This document shows positions 8,543 through 18,741 of a DNA stretch of 64,000 nucleotides, piece by piece (position 1 is the first letter of the stretch; each line of letters starts with the position of its first letter). The notes beneath the pieces are model-generated. The model saw nothing but the letters and a program-made list of their open reading frames with translations, did not search any database and was not told the origin of the DNA. Location of the stretch: positions 128,311 to 192,310 of the forward strand of contig LNDV01000038.1 in NCBI GenBank assembly GCA_001464765.1, written 5' to 3'. The position numbers and the translations under genes were made by a program. The stretch is from Betaproteobacteria bacterium Ga0077526 (lineage in GTDB: Bacteria > Pseudomonadota > Gammaproteobacteria > Burkholderiales > Ga0077523).

Positions 8543-11500
8543 CTACCCGCCGATCGCCTCGCCGGTCCGCAACCAGTCCATCCCTCGCAACGACTGCGGC
8601 CGCAAGCCCGGTGGCAAGTTCGCGAGGCTGTCCATGACGCCGAGGGTGCCGAGGCTGCCGAATCCGCCGGCGTCCGCCGCGTACGCCGCGGCGAGATCTC
8701 CGCCGAAGAGCGCATGGGCATCGGCCGGTGCAGCTGGCGCCGAAGGAGCGGGAACTGCTCCCGCGTTGGCATCGAGCCACTCCGCCATACGGATCGCCCC
8801 TGCAGGAGAGCCGTCGGGGGCGACGAACTGAACGGTCTCGACATTGCGGCGCGCGATGGCGCCGTACCAATTGCGAAGTGTCATCGCATCGTCGTGGCCG
8901 AACGTCAGGTGAAGATCATTGCCTCGACGCGATGCGACGAGATCGCCTTCGGTGATCCCGCCCCCCAGGGAAAGCACCGCGGTCGCCGTGCCCAGGAACT
9001 CGACGGTGTCCTGCCCGTCGCCACGATTGAAGGCCAGAACATGCCGCCCGGCGACGAGCTGCACGTGATCGTCTCCCTCGCCGCCCGCAATGAAGTCCCC
9101 CTCGGAATTGGCGAACAGCCAGTCGTGGCCGTCGTCTCCCCACAGCAGATTGCGACCGGGGCCTCCGCGCAGACTGTCGTGCCCTCCACCCCCGACGAGG
9201 ATGTCGTTACCCGTCCCGCCGCTGAAGTAGTCCTCTTTGCCGTTGCCTCGCAGCAGATCGTGACCGCCGTCTCCGAACGCGATGAGCGCTGCCATGCCAC
9301 TCCGGACAACGTCGTCGCCGGTATCGGCGCGGATCAGGCGCACGGGAGCACGGACCGTGATCCGATCGTCGCACGGCGTGGCCGTGATCCGCACCGCGGG
9401 CTCCTCGACGACCCACGTGCGCGTCGGCACGAAGAAATCCGTCGCGCTCCGCCGCGCGGCATTGCCGAAGTGGAACTGCTCGATCGGCATGGCACCTTCG
9501 CCTTCCCACAGCACATCGAATCCCTCTTCGGGCCCCGCCATTCCGCCTGCGGGACTCACTCGCACCCGCGCGATGGATTGATTTCCTGCGCGATGGAGAC
9601 GGATGGCGACCTGCTCAGGCGCGATCCCATCGCCGAATCGGATCGTGTCCAAACCAGCGCTATCGAAAATCCGGTCGACGCCACCTCCCCGCTCGAACCG
9701 ATACACGTCATCGCCGCGATAGCCGGTCAACGAATCGTTCCCGCCTGCGCCGAACAAGGTGTCCGGGCCGGTTCTGCCGCGGAGGTCGTCCGTAGCCGAC
9801 GTCCCGAGCAGCGTTCGACCCGGTCCGGCGAGGACGTCGATGCGAAGCACGGCGCCGGCCTCGGCACCGGCGCGATCCGAAGCCACCAGACGGACCAATA
9901 CCTCGGGGTCGTCCTCGGGGCCCGGTCGTCCTGACAGCGTCATCGACCCGGCGTCGAACGACAACCACGCGGGCAAAAGACCGCCAGCAACGCCCTCCGC
10001 CCGGACATTCAGGCGATCGCCGGTGTCGTCATCGCGGAACGCATCGGCGGGCAGAGTCCACTGGAGTGTCTCGCCCTCCACAACTGCGGCGGGCTGCAGC
10101 GATCTGGCGATGGGCGCGCTGTTGGCCAGACGCGTCGAGAGCGACTGAGGCGAGCCGTCGACCGAGAGGGTCGCGACCGCAGCGAGCAGCGCGGCATCGA
10201 CGTCGTACCCCGCAGCTTCGTCCGTCTCGAGCAATACGAGATCACCGCCGTAGGCACGATCGTCCCAGACCGCCGTCAGATGCCGTTGCCAGTCGATGAG
10301 GCCGGACTGGCCAGCGCTGGCCCCTGCGATGACTGCGGACAGATCGTAAACACGAACCTTGTCGGTGATCACCTGGAGCCGCAGCTGGCGCCCGTCCCAC
10401 TGAGACAGGTCCGACAGCCTGAGTCCGCCGCCATCGCCGAAGTCGACAAGCGCACCATCTCCCTCCACGCGAACCCGTACGTTGTCGAGAGACAAGTCTC
10501 TGCCGAGATTCACGGTCAGCGAACTCGCCGGGGCGCTCACCGTATCGACACCGTCTCCCCATCGATGACGAAGAAGCAGATGAGTGCCGGGCGCGTCGAT
10601 CGTGTCGTCTCCCGCACCGCCCTGCATGACGGCGGCCGGTCCCGAGGAGCGGAGCCGGTCCGCGCCGGAACCACCATCGAACCACGCAATGGCCTGCGCG
10701 AAGAGCGCGTCGTCGCCATCGCCTCCGATGAGCACTGCGCCACCGGCTGAGTCAGAGATGGCATCGCTGCCATCCCCGCCGCCGAGCCAGTCGAGTCCCT
10801 CGCCCCCCTCCAGCGTGTCGTCGCCCTCGGCGCCGAACACGCGATCGTCTCCCGCCAGGGCCGAAATCGTGTTGCCGCGACCGCCCTCGCCGATCAGGAG
10901 ATCGTTCCCGTCCGTGGCGGCGCGATAGAGCGCATAGGCGCCGACGTCATCGAGTCGCCATTCGCCACCGTCGTCGAAACCGATCACTTGCACCGGACGC
11001 GCGCCGCCCGCGCCGTACCAGTCCGCGAGCGTCACGCTGGTGCCCGTTGGCTCGTGGGTGATTCGCAGATCGGCCCCGTGCGCGCTGGGGCGCACTTCCC
11101 AGGGCCGGATGGACTCGCCGAAAAGAAGGGAACGTGCGGTGCCATCGGCCTGGACTCGCCGATCGGCCTCTCCCGCCTCCATCACGACCGAAGCGCCCGC
11201 AGCTATCACCTGCCGTCGCAGGTCTGCGATCCGCAAGACCTCTCCGTCGCCGAACTGCACCTGCTCCACGCCGCCGCCCAGGCCGCCGATGAGGCCCCAC
11301 TGGAAATGGGTGCTGTTCGTCGGGTCGGCGGTCTCGATGGGACGCGTCCAGTCCCCCATGTACAGCCGGACGCGCTGGTCGGCGCCCCAGGCGAGATCCA
11401 GCGTCTGCCACAGACGCGGCCGCACATCGAACAGGCTTTCGTCGTTGGTCAGGCGCGCAGCGGACTCTTCCGACAGGCCCAGCTCGGCCGCTGTGGCCGA

Positions 11501-14500
11501 TCCGAACGAGATGCGAACGTCCTCTCGCGTCACGGCTTCAGGCAGGACGACAGTATCCGTGGCGACCAGCCCCGCGGCGGCGAGCAAGGGATCGTCCCGC
11601 GCATAGGGTCGCCGCGGAATCGGCGCGTCCGGAAAGGTCTGCTGATGCCACGACTCGAACAACGCAAACGGCGGCGCTTCCGATGTGGCGAGTTCGAGGC
11701 TCACATCGAGAATGACGTCGCCATCGGCCTCGCCGGCGCGGATGACATAGCGATCGGCCCCCTCGCCGCCATCCAGCCGGTCGGCGCCTTCGCCACCCAC
11801 CAGCATGTCGGCGCCTGACCGACCGACGAGTTCGTCATCCCCTTCACCGCCGACCAATGTGTCGCCGTAGCCGCTGCCTTCGAGTCGGTCGTTGCCGCCC
11901 TGGCCGTCGACGAACACCCCCGGGCTGAACTCGTCGAGGCCGATGAAATTGAAGACGAGGGGCGACTGCCGCACGTCGTCATTCCCGCCACCCGCCAGAA
12001 TGATTGAACGCCCGCGGAACTGGATCTGCTCTGGGGCGTCACCGCCCGAGACCTCCGGGATGAAAGTCGATGTGCGAATGTTGTCGCGGGCCTTCGATGT
12101 GCCATCCACTTCCCGGAGAATCACGTCGCGTTCCCAAGCGATGTCGTGATAGGTCTCGACACCTGCGCCGGACGGAAGCGAAGTCGAGTCCTCGGGAATC
12201 GGCCGCCATCCGGCCAGCAGTGGCTGACCCTTTCGCTCTACGGTCACGTCGATCGAGACCGCACCGGCATCGGTCCAACTGGTGCGGGTCTGCGCGTTTG
12301 AAGTCACCGTGAAGGAAGCACCCTCGGCCATGACACTCTGGAAGTTCAAATCGCGCCAGCGCGCAGACAGCCTGGCGGGCTCCAGCCCCTGCCATGGCAC
12401 GATGTCCTGTGTGGTCGCAGTGACCACCCCGCCGCTCGCATCGATCAGCTGGGACAGCCGTTGCGTTCGAATCTGTGTGCCGAACACGTCGAGAAGCGGA
12501 CTGCGATAGCCCGCGCCGTCGTCGAGCGCCGCCAGCCCCTCTTCCTTTGCCACGCGATCGTGCGCGTGGACCAGGCTCCATCGGAACTCCCGCCGCAAGG
12601 CGGTATCGGGATCGGCAAACTCGCCCTCGGATTGGCTCCGAATCCAGTCTTCCACCGATACCTGGACGCCATCGACATCGATCTGCCAGAGTTCCGGCCT
12701 AGAGGCGAATCCCTTCACCAAAACGCCCTGAGCCGACTCACCGCTCGTCCCGGCGAGCCGCAGTGCGAGATTGGTGCCACGAAGCTCGGGCACCAGACCG
12801 TCGAGCGCCAGAGGCGCGTCCAGCACCAGGACGCCGCCCTCGCCGGGCTCCTCACGGATCTCGTCCCAACCCATGCCGAGCGACAGCACGTAGCGATCCG
12901 CTCCTGCGCCGCCGATGAGAACATCATTGCCGGCACCGCCATCGAGGAGGTCGTCTCCGCGAAGGCCGCGGAGGGTCTCGGAGAACGGACTCCCCTGCAG
13001 CGAATCGTTGCCGTCGGTGCCGTCGATTGGCGCCAGCGGCAGCGATGCAATTCCCGCCGAGTCGAGTTCGCTTCCGTCACCGAAGACGATTCGCTTCAGC
13101 TTGACGCCGTTGGGGTCGAACACGCCCGGCAGGAGAATCCGGTCGTCGCTTCCTGCCACGCGGACCTCCAGATCGCCCGTGGCGAAACGAAGCAGCGTCA
13201 CATCGGACCGGAAAAGGCCGCTTCCCAGCACGAGACTATCGCCCCACTGGGCATTCACGGTGTCGCGGCCATCGCCAGCGTCAAAGAGGTAAGTGTCCTC
13301 ACCGTCCCCACCGTCGAGACGATCATCCCCGCGCCCGCCGACGATGAAATCGTCGCCACCACCGCCTTCGATGCGATCGTCACCGGCGTGACCGTACAGT
13401 CGATCCCGCCCGAAGCCGCCGGAGAGTCGGTCCGCGCCGGCGAACCCTTCCAGAACGTCCTCGCCTGAGGTGCCGGTGAGAATCACGGGGTCGACGAGAG
13501 CTTCTCCGTAGAACTCGGCGGCGGTGAGGGATTCCTCGCCGTCGAAGACGACCACGAAGCTTCCGCCACCCGAGCTGCCAGTGTTGCCCGACGGCGCAGG
13601 GGAACCAACCGAAGGCGGATCGGAAACGAGAGGGATTCCGGCGTCACCGGAGCCTCCGATACCGAGCGGAGGTGGTGGAGCGGAAGGAATCGAGAGGTCC
13701 GGCGCAGGACTCGCTTCGGCCGGTGCACCGACACCCCGGGCGGCAACCTCGAACAGCGCACCGGTCCCGTCGGACACCGTGACGTAGACGACACCGCCGC
13801 GCTGGGAGGACGAAGCCGAAACAGCACCGCGGCCTGTGCCGTTGACGAACCGGATGATGTTCTCGCCTTCGTCGTCGACGATGACGTCCTCGTCGTCCAC
13901 CAGATAGACGTCGTCGCCAGCGCCGCCACGCAGAACGTCCCGGCCTTTGCCTCCTTCCAGGAAATCGTTGCCGGCACCGCCGTTCAGGACATCGTCGCCG
14001 TCGCCTCCGACCAGAGTGTCGTCACCATCGCCACCACGAAGCTGATCCTTGCCGCTGCCCCCGGAGAGCGAATCTCGACCGCCACCACCGTCGAGAACAT
14101 CGTCGCCGGCACCGCCCACCAGAACATCCGCTCCGTGCAACGCAGCGGCGACGTGCTCGCCGTCCCCGATAAGAATGTCGTTGCCGTCCCCGCCCGTCAG
14201 ATGGTCGTCGCCGCCCTCGCCCTGCAGCCAGTCATTGCCCGCGCCGCCTTCGATGACGTCATCGCCGTAAGCGACGACGTGGGCCTCGCCCACGACCGCC
14301 CGACCGCTGTCGCCGGTGATGACATCGTCGCCTTCGTCGCCGAGAAGGTGGTCATCGCCGTCGTTGCCGGCGATCGTGTCGATGCCATCGCCTCCGAAGA
14401 CGATGTCGTTGCCGCCGTAACCGAACACGAGGTCGTTGCCACCGCCGGCGAAGATGACGTCGTTGCCAGCCTCCCGGGCGTACACTGCTGTGGCGTTCGC

Positions 14501-17500
14501 GTGCTGGAACGCTTCGACCCCGTCCACCACGAATTCGAACCTGCCCAAGGCCGCAACGCGCCAGGTCCACGGACTCGGGTTCGATCTGTCGGCCAGATCG
14601 CGTCGCTCATCCCGGCCGACGAAGTCCGCGTCTCCGACGATAAGGTCGTTGCCCGTTCCACCCACCAGCTTGTCGGCACCGAGGCCGCCCGAGAGCAGGT
14701 CGTTGCCCTCCTCGCCGAACAGCCAGTCGTCGCCCTTGCCGCCCACGAGCCAGTCGCCTTCCCCCACACCGAAGCCTCCCGCAGCGCCCCGCTGGACGGC
14801 TGCATCGAGTTCAGTCCGGAAGTTTGCATACAGTCGGTCATCGCCATCGCCACCGGTCAGGACATCGCGTCCGGCGTCGCCGATCACGGTGTCGTTGTCC
14901 GCTCCGCCGTCGAGATAGTCGTCGCCGCTACCGCCGTCGATGAAATCGTCCCCGCCCCACTTCTCGGAAACGTAGTCCGAGCCAAGGAACGTACTGATCT
15001 CGGAAGGGCCCGGCGCGCCGACGAACTCGTCCGCGCGCGAAGGCTCCGGGGTCGTCGTCAGGACAGGGTTGCCCCACTCGTCCACCACCACCTGATCGGC
15101 AAGAACCGGCTTGAGGTCCCCCACGAAGGCCCGATCGAGACCTCGCGTCTCGCCTTTCTGGACGAGGTGAATGCCGTAGTCGCCATTGCGATAGCCGCGA
15201 ATGACGAGGCTGTCTGTCCCGCCGAAGGCAATCGCGAGGTCAGCGCCGATCAGCGTCGCGGAGATGCTGGCGTCTGCCTTCCAGCGATATGACGTGTCGG
15301 ACTTCTCGAACACGCCGGCCAGGTTGCGCCCGTTCTCCAGTCGGATGGTGCCCTTGTCCGTGTCGACTTCGATCGTGTCCGCCCCGAAGCCGACAATGTA
15401 CGTATCGAATCCTTCGCCGCCCGAGAGAACGTCGTCGCCCTTGCCACCGCGAAGCTCGTCCTGCTCGTCCCCACCTTCGAGCCGGTCGTTGTCCCACCCG
15501 CCATCGAGATTGTCCGCCCCGGCCTCGCCGAACAGCCTGTCGTCGCCGCGACCACCAAGCAGCGTGTCATTGCCCGACCCGCCGTGGAGTTCATCGTCCC
15601 CGTCGTTGCCTTCGAGGTGGTCGCGCAGCGCCTCGCCCTTCAGAACATCGTTGCCACCGCGACCGTAAAGACGATCCTCGCTGGGGCCGCCATTGAGCGT
15701 CTCGACCTCCTTGTTCTCGTCCAGTCCGAAGCGAACCAAGAACTTCGGACTTCCGCCTCTCTGGTCCTGGTCTGCGGACCCGTAGTCGATACGGATGTTC
15801 CGAAACAGGTCCTCGAGCACACCCGGCACCGCGCTGCGGATGAAGGGCTTCTGCTCGTTGTAGAGATTGCGTTCCAGCGTCCTGGACAAGAGAGTCGCGC
15901 GGTCCTTCACGTACTGCACGGAGTAGTGCTCTGCCGCGTACTTCTGGGAGTCGTAGATCCGCACATCCGCCGACACGACGAACGGCGCAAGATTGTCCAG
16001 CGCGACCCGGTTCGCCTCGGCAAGGGGTGAGTCTCCCGCCGCTCGGAGTACTAGCTGGGCAGACGTCGGGAACGTGCCCCTGACGTACGACACCGTCTTG
16101 TTGCTGAACGCTGCGGTAATGCCGCTTTCGCCCGTCCAGCGCATCTCGGCGATCGGCGTGATCGTGTAGCGTCGGGACCCGACCGTCTTGAGGTAGTCGG
16201 TGATCTCCGTGATCCGGTCGTAGAAGACGTTGCGGAAGTCGAGGTTGCCGAAGCCGTCTAGTCCAGGATCGAAGTCGGTCAGGCGCTTTCCCAGGACCGC
16301 CGCTGGCGGAAGGATCGCCCACCGCAGGGCATCGAGCGCGAGTTCCAGAGAATCACTTTCCGCGCGCGCTTCTGCCACCGCTAAGGAGCTGTCTGAAATC
16401 TGATTCGACGATGACGCGAAAACCGTGTCGACATTCTCCTGGGTGAGCGTGGCATCGATGGTCTGAAACAGCCGGGTCAGGGCCAGCGAGTCCATGAGGA
16501 GCGTGATGCTGTGGGATCGGAGGAAGTCACGCTCGAACTTGTCCTGTTCCGTCGGAGCGGGAGAGAGGTAGTTCCCACCGAAGAACGGCTGATCCTCAAT
16601 GAAGACTCGGACGCGGCCGGCCGTAGGGAGAATGCCGGAGAGCGACACGAAGGTATCGTCATGGTGAGTTGCCATCCCATAGACGTAGGTGATCTTCGAG
16701 TCGATCGCAGGGTCCAGAGTCACCGCGCCGAAGTCCCCACCGAGGAAAGTTGTGAACTCGCCGACGCGGGCCATGGCCCATCGATGCCGGGGGTCGACGT
16801 AGGCATCGTGCTCCCAGAGGGGATCGGGACTCCTCTCCGCGTTACGGGCCGCGCTGAGGAGAGCATCGAACTCGGCATTTCTTCCGCGCACGAACGGCAA
16901 CCCCGGTAGGTCCGCTTCCGGGTTGGCGACGATAGCGTTGTACGCGTCCAGCAACTGCCGGATGGAGAACCACGGCGCAACCCCGCCACGCCCGGGACTG
17001 TTGATCATGGTAGCGTGGCTCACCCGATCCGGATGCAGTTCCGTCATGACCATGGCGATGTGGCCGCCCAACGAGTAGCCGGACAGCTCTATGCGCCCGG
17101 CTCCAAACAGCGCGCCGCCCGGTGCGATCTGCTCTGTGAACCACCGGTCCGCCGCGGCGAGCTGCGCCCACGCCATTCCGCGAAACGCCAGACTCTTGTC
17201 GGCACCGTCCTTGTCCCGAGCACTGTCTCCGCCGAAGCGCTGTTCCACGAACTCGGTGCTTCGGAATGCCACGGTGTAGTGGCTGGGATCCTGACGCGAG
17301 CGAAGGATGGTCGCGGAGAAGCCGCTGGCGTCGTTCAGCGTTTGGGTGACTATCTCGAAACCGTTCGATTCCGCCAACTCACGGTTCATTGACTCCGTAA
17401 ACCGAGTGGCGCCAGGCAGTATTGGCCTGTCTGGGCGCGCACCTGGGAGCATCTGGAGAAGCTCGTTGTCTTGCAAACGACCGTTCACGCGAACTTGTGG

Positions 17501-17635
17501 CTCGAGATTGTTGCTTCCTGCTCGCAAGGCACTCGGGATGTCCGATGTGCGTTCCCCGGAGAGGAGCGTGATATACGACTCGGCCGCAAACTGCTTGAGC
17601 AATGCCGCGTACAAGACCTGCGTTCGGGTACTCAT
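8543..17635 (-). CDS. giant RTX (Ca-binding GGxGxDxUx repeat) protein, ~3030 aa, with N-terminal alpha/beta-hydrolase (lipase) domain and a cadherin/Ig-like domain; probable T1SS substrate
   Basis: Dozens of GGxGxD nonapeptides in several blocks; SGFSAT...TVAFRSTE...LSGYSLGGHIA...NSPG...SHSI lipase pattern (GYSLGG at 17063-17080); NSAPI...LPADAFRDDD...LPAWLSFD...LSGRP Ig-like unit (~9835-10125); no signal peptide; ATG 17635 overlaps the upstream TGA (ATGA). Confidence 0.9.
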   Translation of the reverse strand: MSTRTQVLYAALLKQFAAESYITLLSGERTSDIPSALRAGSNNLEPQVRVNGRLQDNELLQMLPGARPDRPILPGATRFTESMNRELAESNGFEIVTQTLNDASGFSATILRSRQDPSHYTVAFRSTEFVEQRFGGDSARDKDGADKSLAFRGMAWAQLAAADRWFTEQIAPGGALFGAGRIELSGYSLGGHIAMVMTELHPDRVSHATMINSPGRGGVAPWFSIRQLLDAYNAIVANPEADLPGLPFVRGRNAEFDALLSAARNAERSPDPLWEHDAYVDPRHRWAMARVGEFTTFLGGDFGAVTLDPAIDSKITYVYGMATHHDDTFVSLSGILPTAGRVRVFIEDQPFFGGNYLSPAPTEQDKFERDFLRSHSITLLMDSLALTRLFQTIDATLTQENVDTVFASSSNQISDSSLAVAEARAESDSLELALDALRWAILPPAAVLGKRLTDFDPGLDGFGNLDFRNVFYDRITEITDYLKTVGSRRYTITPIAEMRWTGESGITAAFSNKTVSYVRGTFPTSAQLVLRAAGDSPLAEANRVALDNLAPFVVSADVRIYDSQKYAAEHYSVQYVKDRATLLSRTLERNLYNEQKPFIRSAVPGVLEDLFRNIRIDYGSADQDQRGGSPKFLVRFGLDENKEVETLNGGPSEDRLYGRGGNDVLKGEALRDHLEGNDGDDELHGGSGNDTLLGGRGDDRLFGEAGADNLDGGWDNDRLEGGDEQDELRGGKGDDVLSGGEGFDTYIVGFGADTIEVDTDKGTIRLENGRNLAGVFEKSDTSYRWKADASISATLIGADLAIAFGGTDSLVIRGYRNGDYGIHLVQKGETRGLDRAFVGDLKPVLADQVVVDEWGNPVLTTTPEPSRADEFVGAPGPSEISTFLGSDYVSEKWGGDDFIDGGSGDDYLDGGADNDTVIGDAGRDVLTGGDGDDRLYANFRTELDAAVQRGAAGGFGVGEGDWLVGGKGDDWLFGEEGNDLLSGGLGADKLVGGTGNDLIVGDADFVGRDERRDLADRSNPSPWTWRVAALGRFEFVVDGVEAFQHANATAVYAREAGNDVIFAGGGNDLVFGYGGNDIVFGGDGIDTIAGNDGDDHLLGDEGDDVITGDSGRAVVGEAHVVAYGDDVIEGGAGNDWLQGEGGDDHLTGGDGNDILIGDGEHVAAALHGADVLVGGAGDDVLDGGGGRDSLSGGSGKDQLRGGDGDDTLVGGDGDDVLNGGAGNDFLEGGKGRDVLRGGAGDDVYLVDDEDVIVDDEGENIIRFVNGTGRGAVSASSSQRGGVVYVTVSDGTGALFEVAARGVGAPAEASPAPDLSIPSAPPPPLGIGGSGDAGIPLVSDPPSVGSPAPSGNTGSSGGGSFVVVFDGEESLTAAEFYGEALVDPVILTGTSGEDVLEGFAGADRLSGGFGRDRLYGHAGDDRIEGGGGDDFIVGGRGDDRLDGGDGEDTYLFDAGDGRDTVNAQWGDSLVLGSGLFRSDVTLLRFATGDLEVRVAGSDDRILLPGVFDPNGVKLKRIVFGDGSELDSAGIASLPLAPIDGTDGNDSLQGSPFSETLRGLRGDDLLDGGAGNDVLIGGAGADRYVLSLGMGWDEIREEPGEGGVLVLDAPLALDGLVPELRGTNLALRLAGTSGESAQGVLVKGFASRPELWQIDVDGVQVSVEDWIRSQSEGEFADPDTALRREFRWSLVHAHDRVAKEEGLAALDDGAGYRSPLLDVFGTQIRTQRLSQLIDASGGVVTATTQDIVPWQGLEPARLSARWRDLNFQSVMAEGASFTVTSNAQTRTSWTDAGAVSIDVTVERKGQPLLAGWRPIPEDSTSLPSGAGVETYHDIAWERDVILREVDGTSKARDNIRTSTFIPEVSGGDAPEQIQFRGRSIILAGGGNDDVRQSPLVFNFIGLDEFSPGVFVDGQGGNDRLEGSGYGDTLVGGEGDDELVGRSGADMLVGGEGADRLDGGEGADRYVIRAGEADGDVILDVSLELATSEAPPFALFESWHQQTFPDAPIPRRPYARDDPLLAAAGLVATDTVVLPEAVTREDVRISFGSATAAELGLSEESAARLTNDESLFDVRPRLWQTLDLAWGADQRVRLYMGDWTRPIETADPTNSTHFQWGLIGGLGGGVEQVQFGDGEVLRIADLRRQVIAAGASVVMEAGEADRRVQADGTARSLLFGESIRPWEVRPSAHGADLRITHEPTGTSVTLADWYGAGGARPVQVIGFDDGGEWRLDDVGAYALYRAATDGNDLLIGEGGRGNTISALAGDDRVFGAEGDDTLEGGEGLDWLGGGDGSDAISDSAGGAVLIGGDGDDALFAQAIAWFDGGSGADRLRSSGPAAVMQGGAGDDTIDAPGTHLLLRHRWGDGVDTVSAPASSLTVNLGRDLSLDNVRVRVEGDGALVDFGDGGGLRLSDLSQWDGRQLRLQVITDKVRVYDLSAVIAGASAGQSGLIDWQRHLTAVWDDRAYGGDLVLLETDEAAGYDVDAALLAAVATLSVDGSPQSLSTRLANSAPIARSLQPAAVVEGETLQWTLPADAFRDDDTGDRLNVRAEGVAGGLLPAWLSFDAGSMTLSGRPGPEDDPEVLVRLVASDRAGAEAGAVLRIDVLAGPGRTLLGTSATDDLRGRTGPDTLFGAGGNDSLTGYRGDDVYRFERGGGVDRIFDSAGLDTIRFGDGIAPEQVAIRLHRAGNQSIARVRVSPAGGMAGPEEGFDVLWEGEGAMPIEQFHFGNAARRSATDFFVPTRTWVVEEPAVRITATPCDDRITVRAPVRLIRADTGDDVVRSGMAALIAFGDGGHDLLRGNGKEDYFSGGTGNDILVGGGGHDSLRGGPGRNLLWGDDGHDWLFANSEGDFIAGGEGDDHVQLVAGRHVLAFNRGDGQDTVEFLGTATAVLSLGGGITEGDLVASRRGNDLHLTFGHDDAMTLRNWYGAIARRNVETVQFVAPDGSPAGAIRMAEWLDANAGAVPAPSAPAAPADAHALFGGDLAAAYAADAGGFGSLGTLGVMDSLANLPPGLRPQSLRGMDWLRTGEAIGG

Positions 17636-18699
17636 TCGCTGTAGGCCTTCCCTGACGGCTTCGCAACCTTGGTGAGAAACCACAGCCCGAAGTCATGGTG
17701 CTTGTTTCTGCGCAGGATCTTTCCTGGACCCTCCACCGACATGTAGTCTGGGCAGACATTTCCTCCGCCCCAACTGACACCTCCATCGGGTAGTTGACCT
17801 CCCAGGATGAACCCCCTGCGCAGACCAAGTAATTGGTTGGTTTTGAGGTCCACCACCGCGAGTTCTCCACCCGCAATGCCAAGTTCTCGATCCATCGGGC
17901 GCCGGATGCCTCGCCACGTGAAGCCGATGGTGCTGACGATCGATTCGACCCACACCATTCTCATCGTGTCGAATCGCCGCTGATCGAAGCCGTAATAGCG
18001 CTGGAATCGGCGTCCTGGGGACGGTTTCTCGCGAAGCGATCCGTCGCCGTTGAACGCCGGACGCGCGACGCCGGGATGCCACCCGCTCTCCAGATACGAG
18101 TAGCCAGGGAGTTCTCTGGTCCAGCGGTCCTTCGGCGCGAGGTAAGTGAACGCGATGTAGGCCTCCTCCTCACCCAGCGTGTTGCCGTAGGGGTCCTCCA
18201 CAATGTACCGATCCGCCATCGCGTAGTCCGTCTCGTGTTTGCGCGGGCGCACTTGGTAGACCCCCTCCACCTCCACCGTCCGGTAGATGAACTCCCCCGC
18301 CTCCGCCTTGCACAGCGCCCTCCAGTACTCGACTGGCGTCATCCCCTCCCGGTAGACACTCTCCTTCGGCGCCTCCGGCCACTTCAGCGGCGGAACATCC
18401 CGGTACGGCCAGATCTCCGGGTTCTCGTTTCGGCGGAGCAGGAATCTCTGGCAGCGGCCGTCCCCACGCTCGCGGTTTCGACATTTCTCGTGCTCAGCCT
18501 CGTCATACATCTGCCCATACGTCTCCCCCAACGGATGTGGCTTGACCGGCCTACGTTTCTCTTCGATGAAGGCACCACAGCCAGCGAGAACAACGCAGAG
18601 ACCCGAGACGGCAAGAGCCTGCAGCAACCGCGCAGTGGTCAACGCCAGGCGATGCGGGCCTCGCGAGAAGGAACATGGCGGGAGGGAATGGCGGGGCAT
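17632..18699 (-). CDS. hypothetical lipoprotein, partner of the RTX-lipase (candidate immunity or anchor protein)
   Basis: Hydrophobic stretch plus lipobox VLAG/C (Cys codon 18577-18579); TTG 18642 is an alternative start giving a canonical-length signal peptide; four further Cys; stop overlaps the RTX start. Confidence 0.8.
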   Translation of the reverse strand: MPRHSLPPCSFSRGPHRLALTTARLLQALAVSGLCVVLAGCGAFIEEKRRPVKPHPLGETYGQMYDEAEHEKCRNRERGDGRCQRFLLRRNENPEIWPYRDVPPLKWPEAPKESVYREGMTPVEYWRALCKAEAGEFIYRTVEVEGVYQVRPRKHETDYAMADRYIVEDPYGNTLGEEEAYIAFTYLAPKDRWTRELPGYSYLESGWHPGVARPAFNGDGSLREKPSPGRRFQRYYGFDQRRFDTMRMVWVESIVSTIGFTWRGIRRPMDRELGIAGGELAVVDLKTNQLLGLRRGFILGGQLPDGGVSWGGGNVCPDYMSVEGPGKILRRNKHHDFGLWFLTKVAKPSGKAYSE

Positions 18700-18741
18700 C
18701 GAAGGTCCTTGGTTTCGGGAGACCGGCGGAAAGGGGCGCCC

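Noticed and set aside
8543-15700. Many short DNA repeats resembling an array
   Set aside because: They are degenerate codings of RTX GGxGxD nonapeptides within one ORF, not CRISPR repeats or tandem DNA repeats
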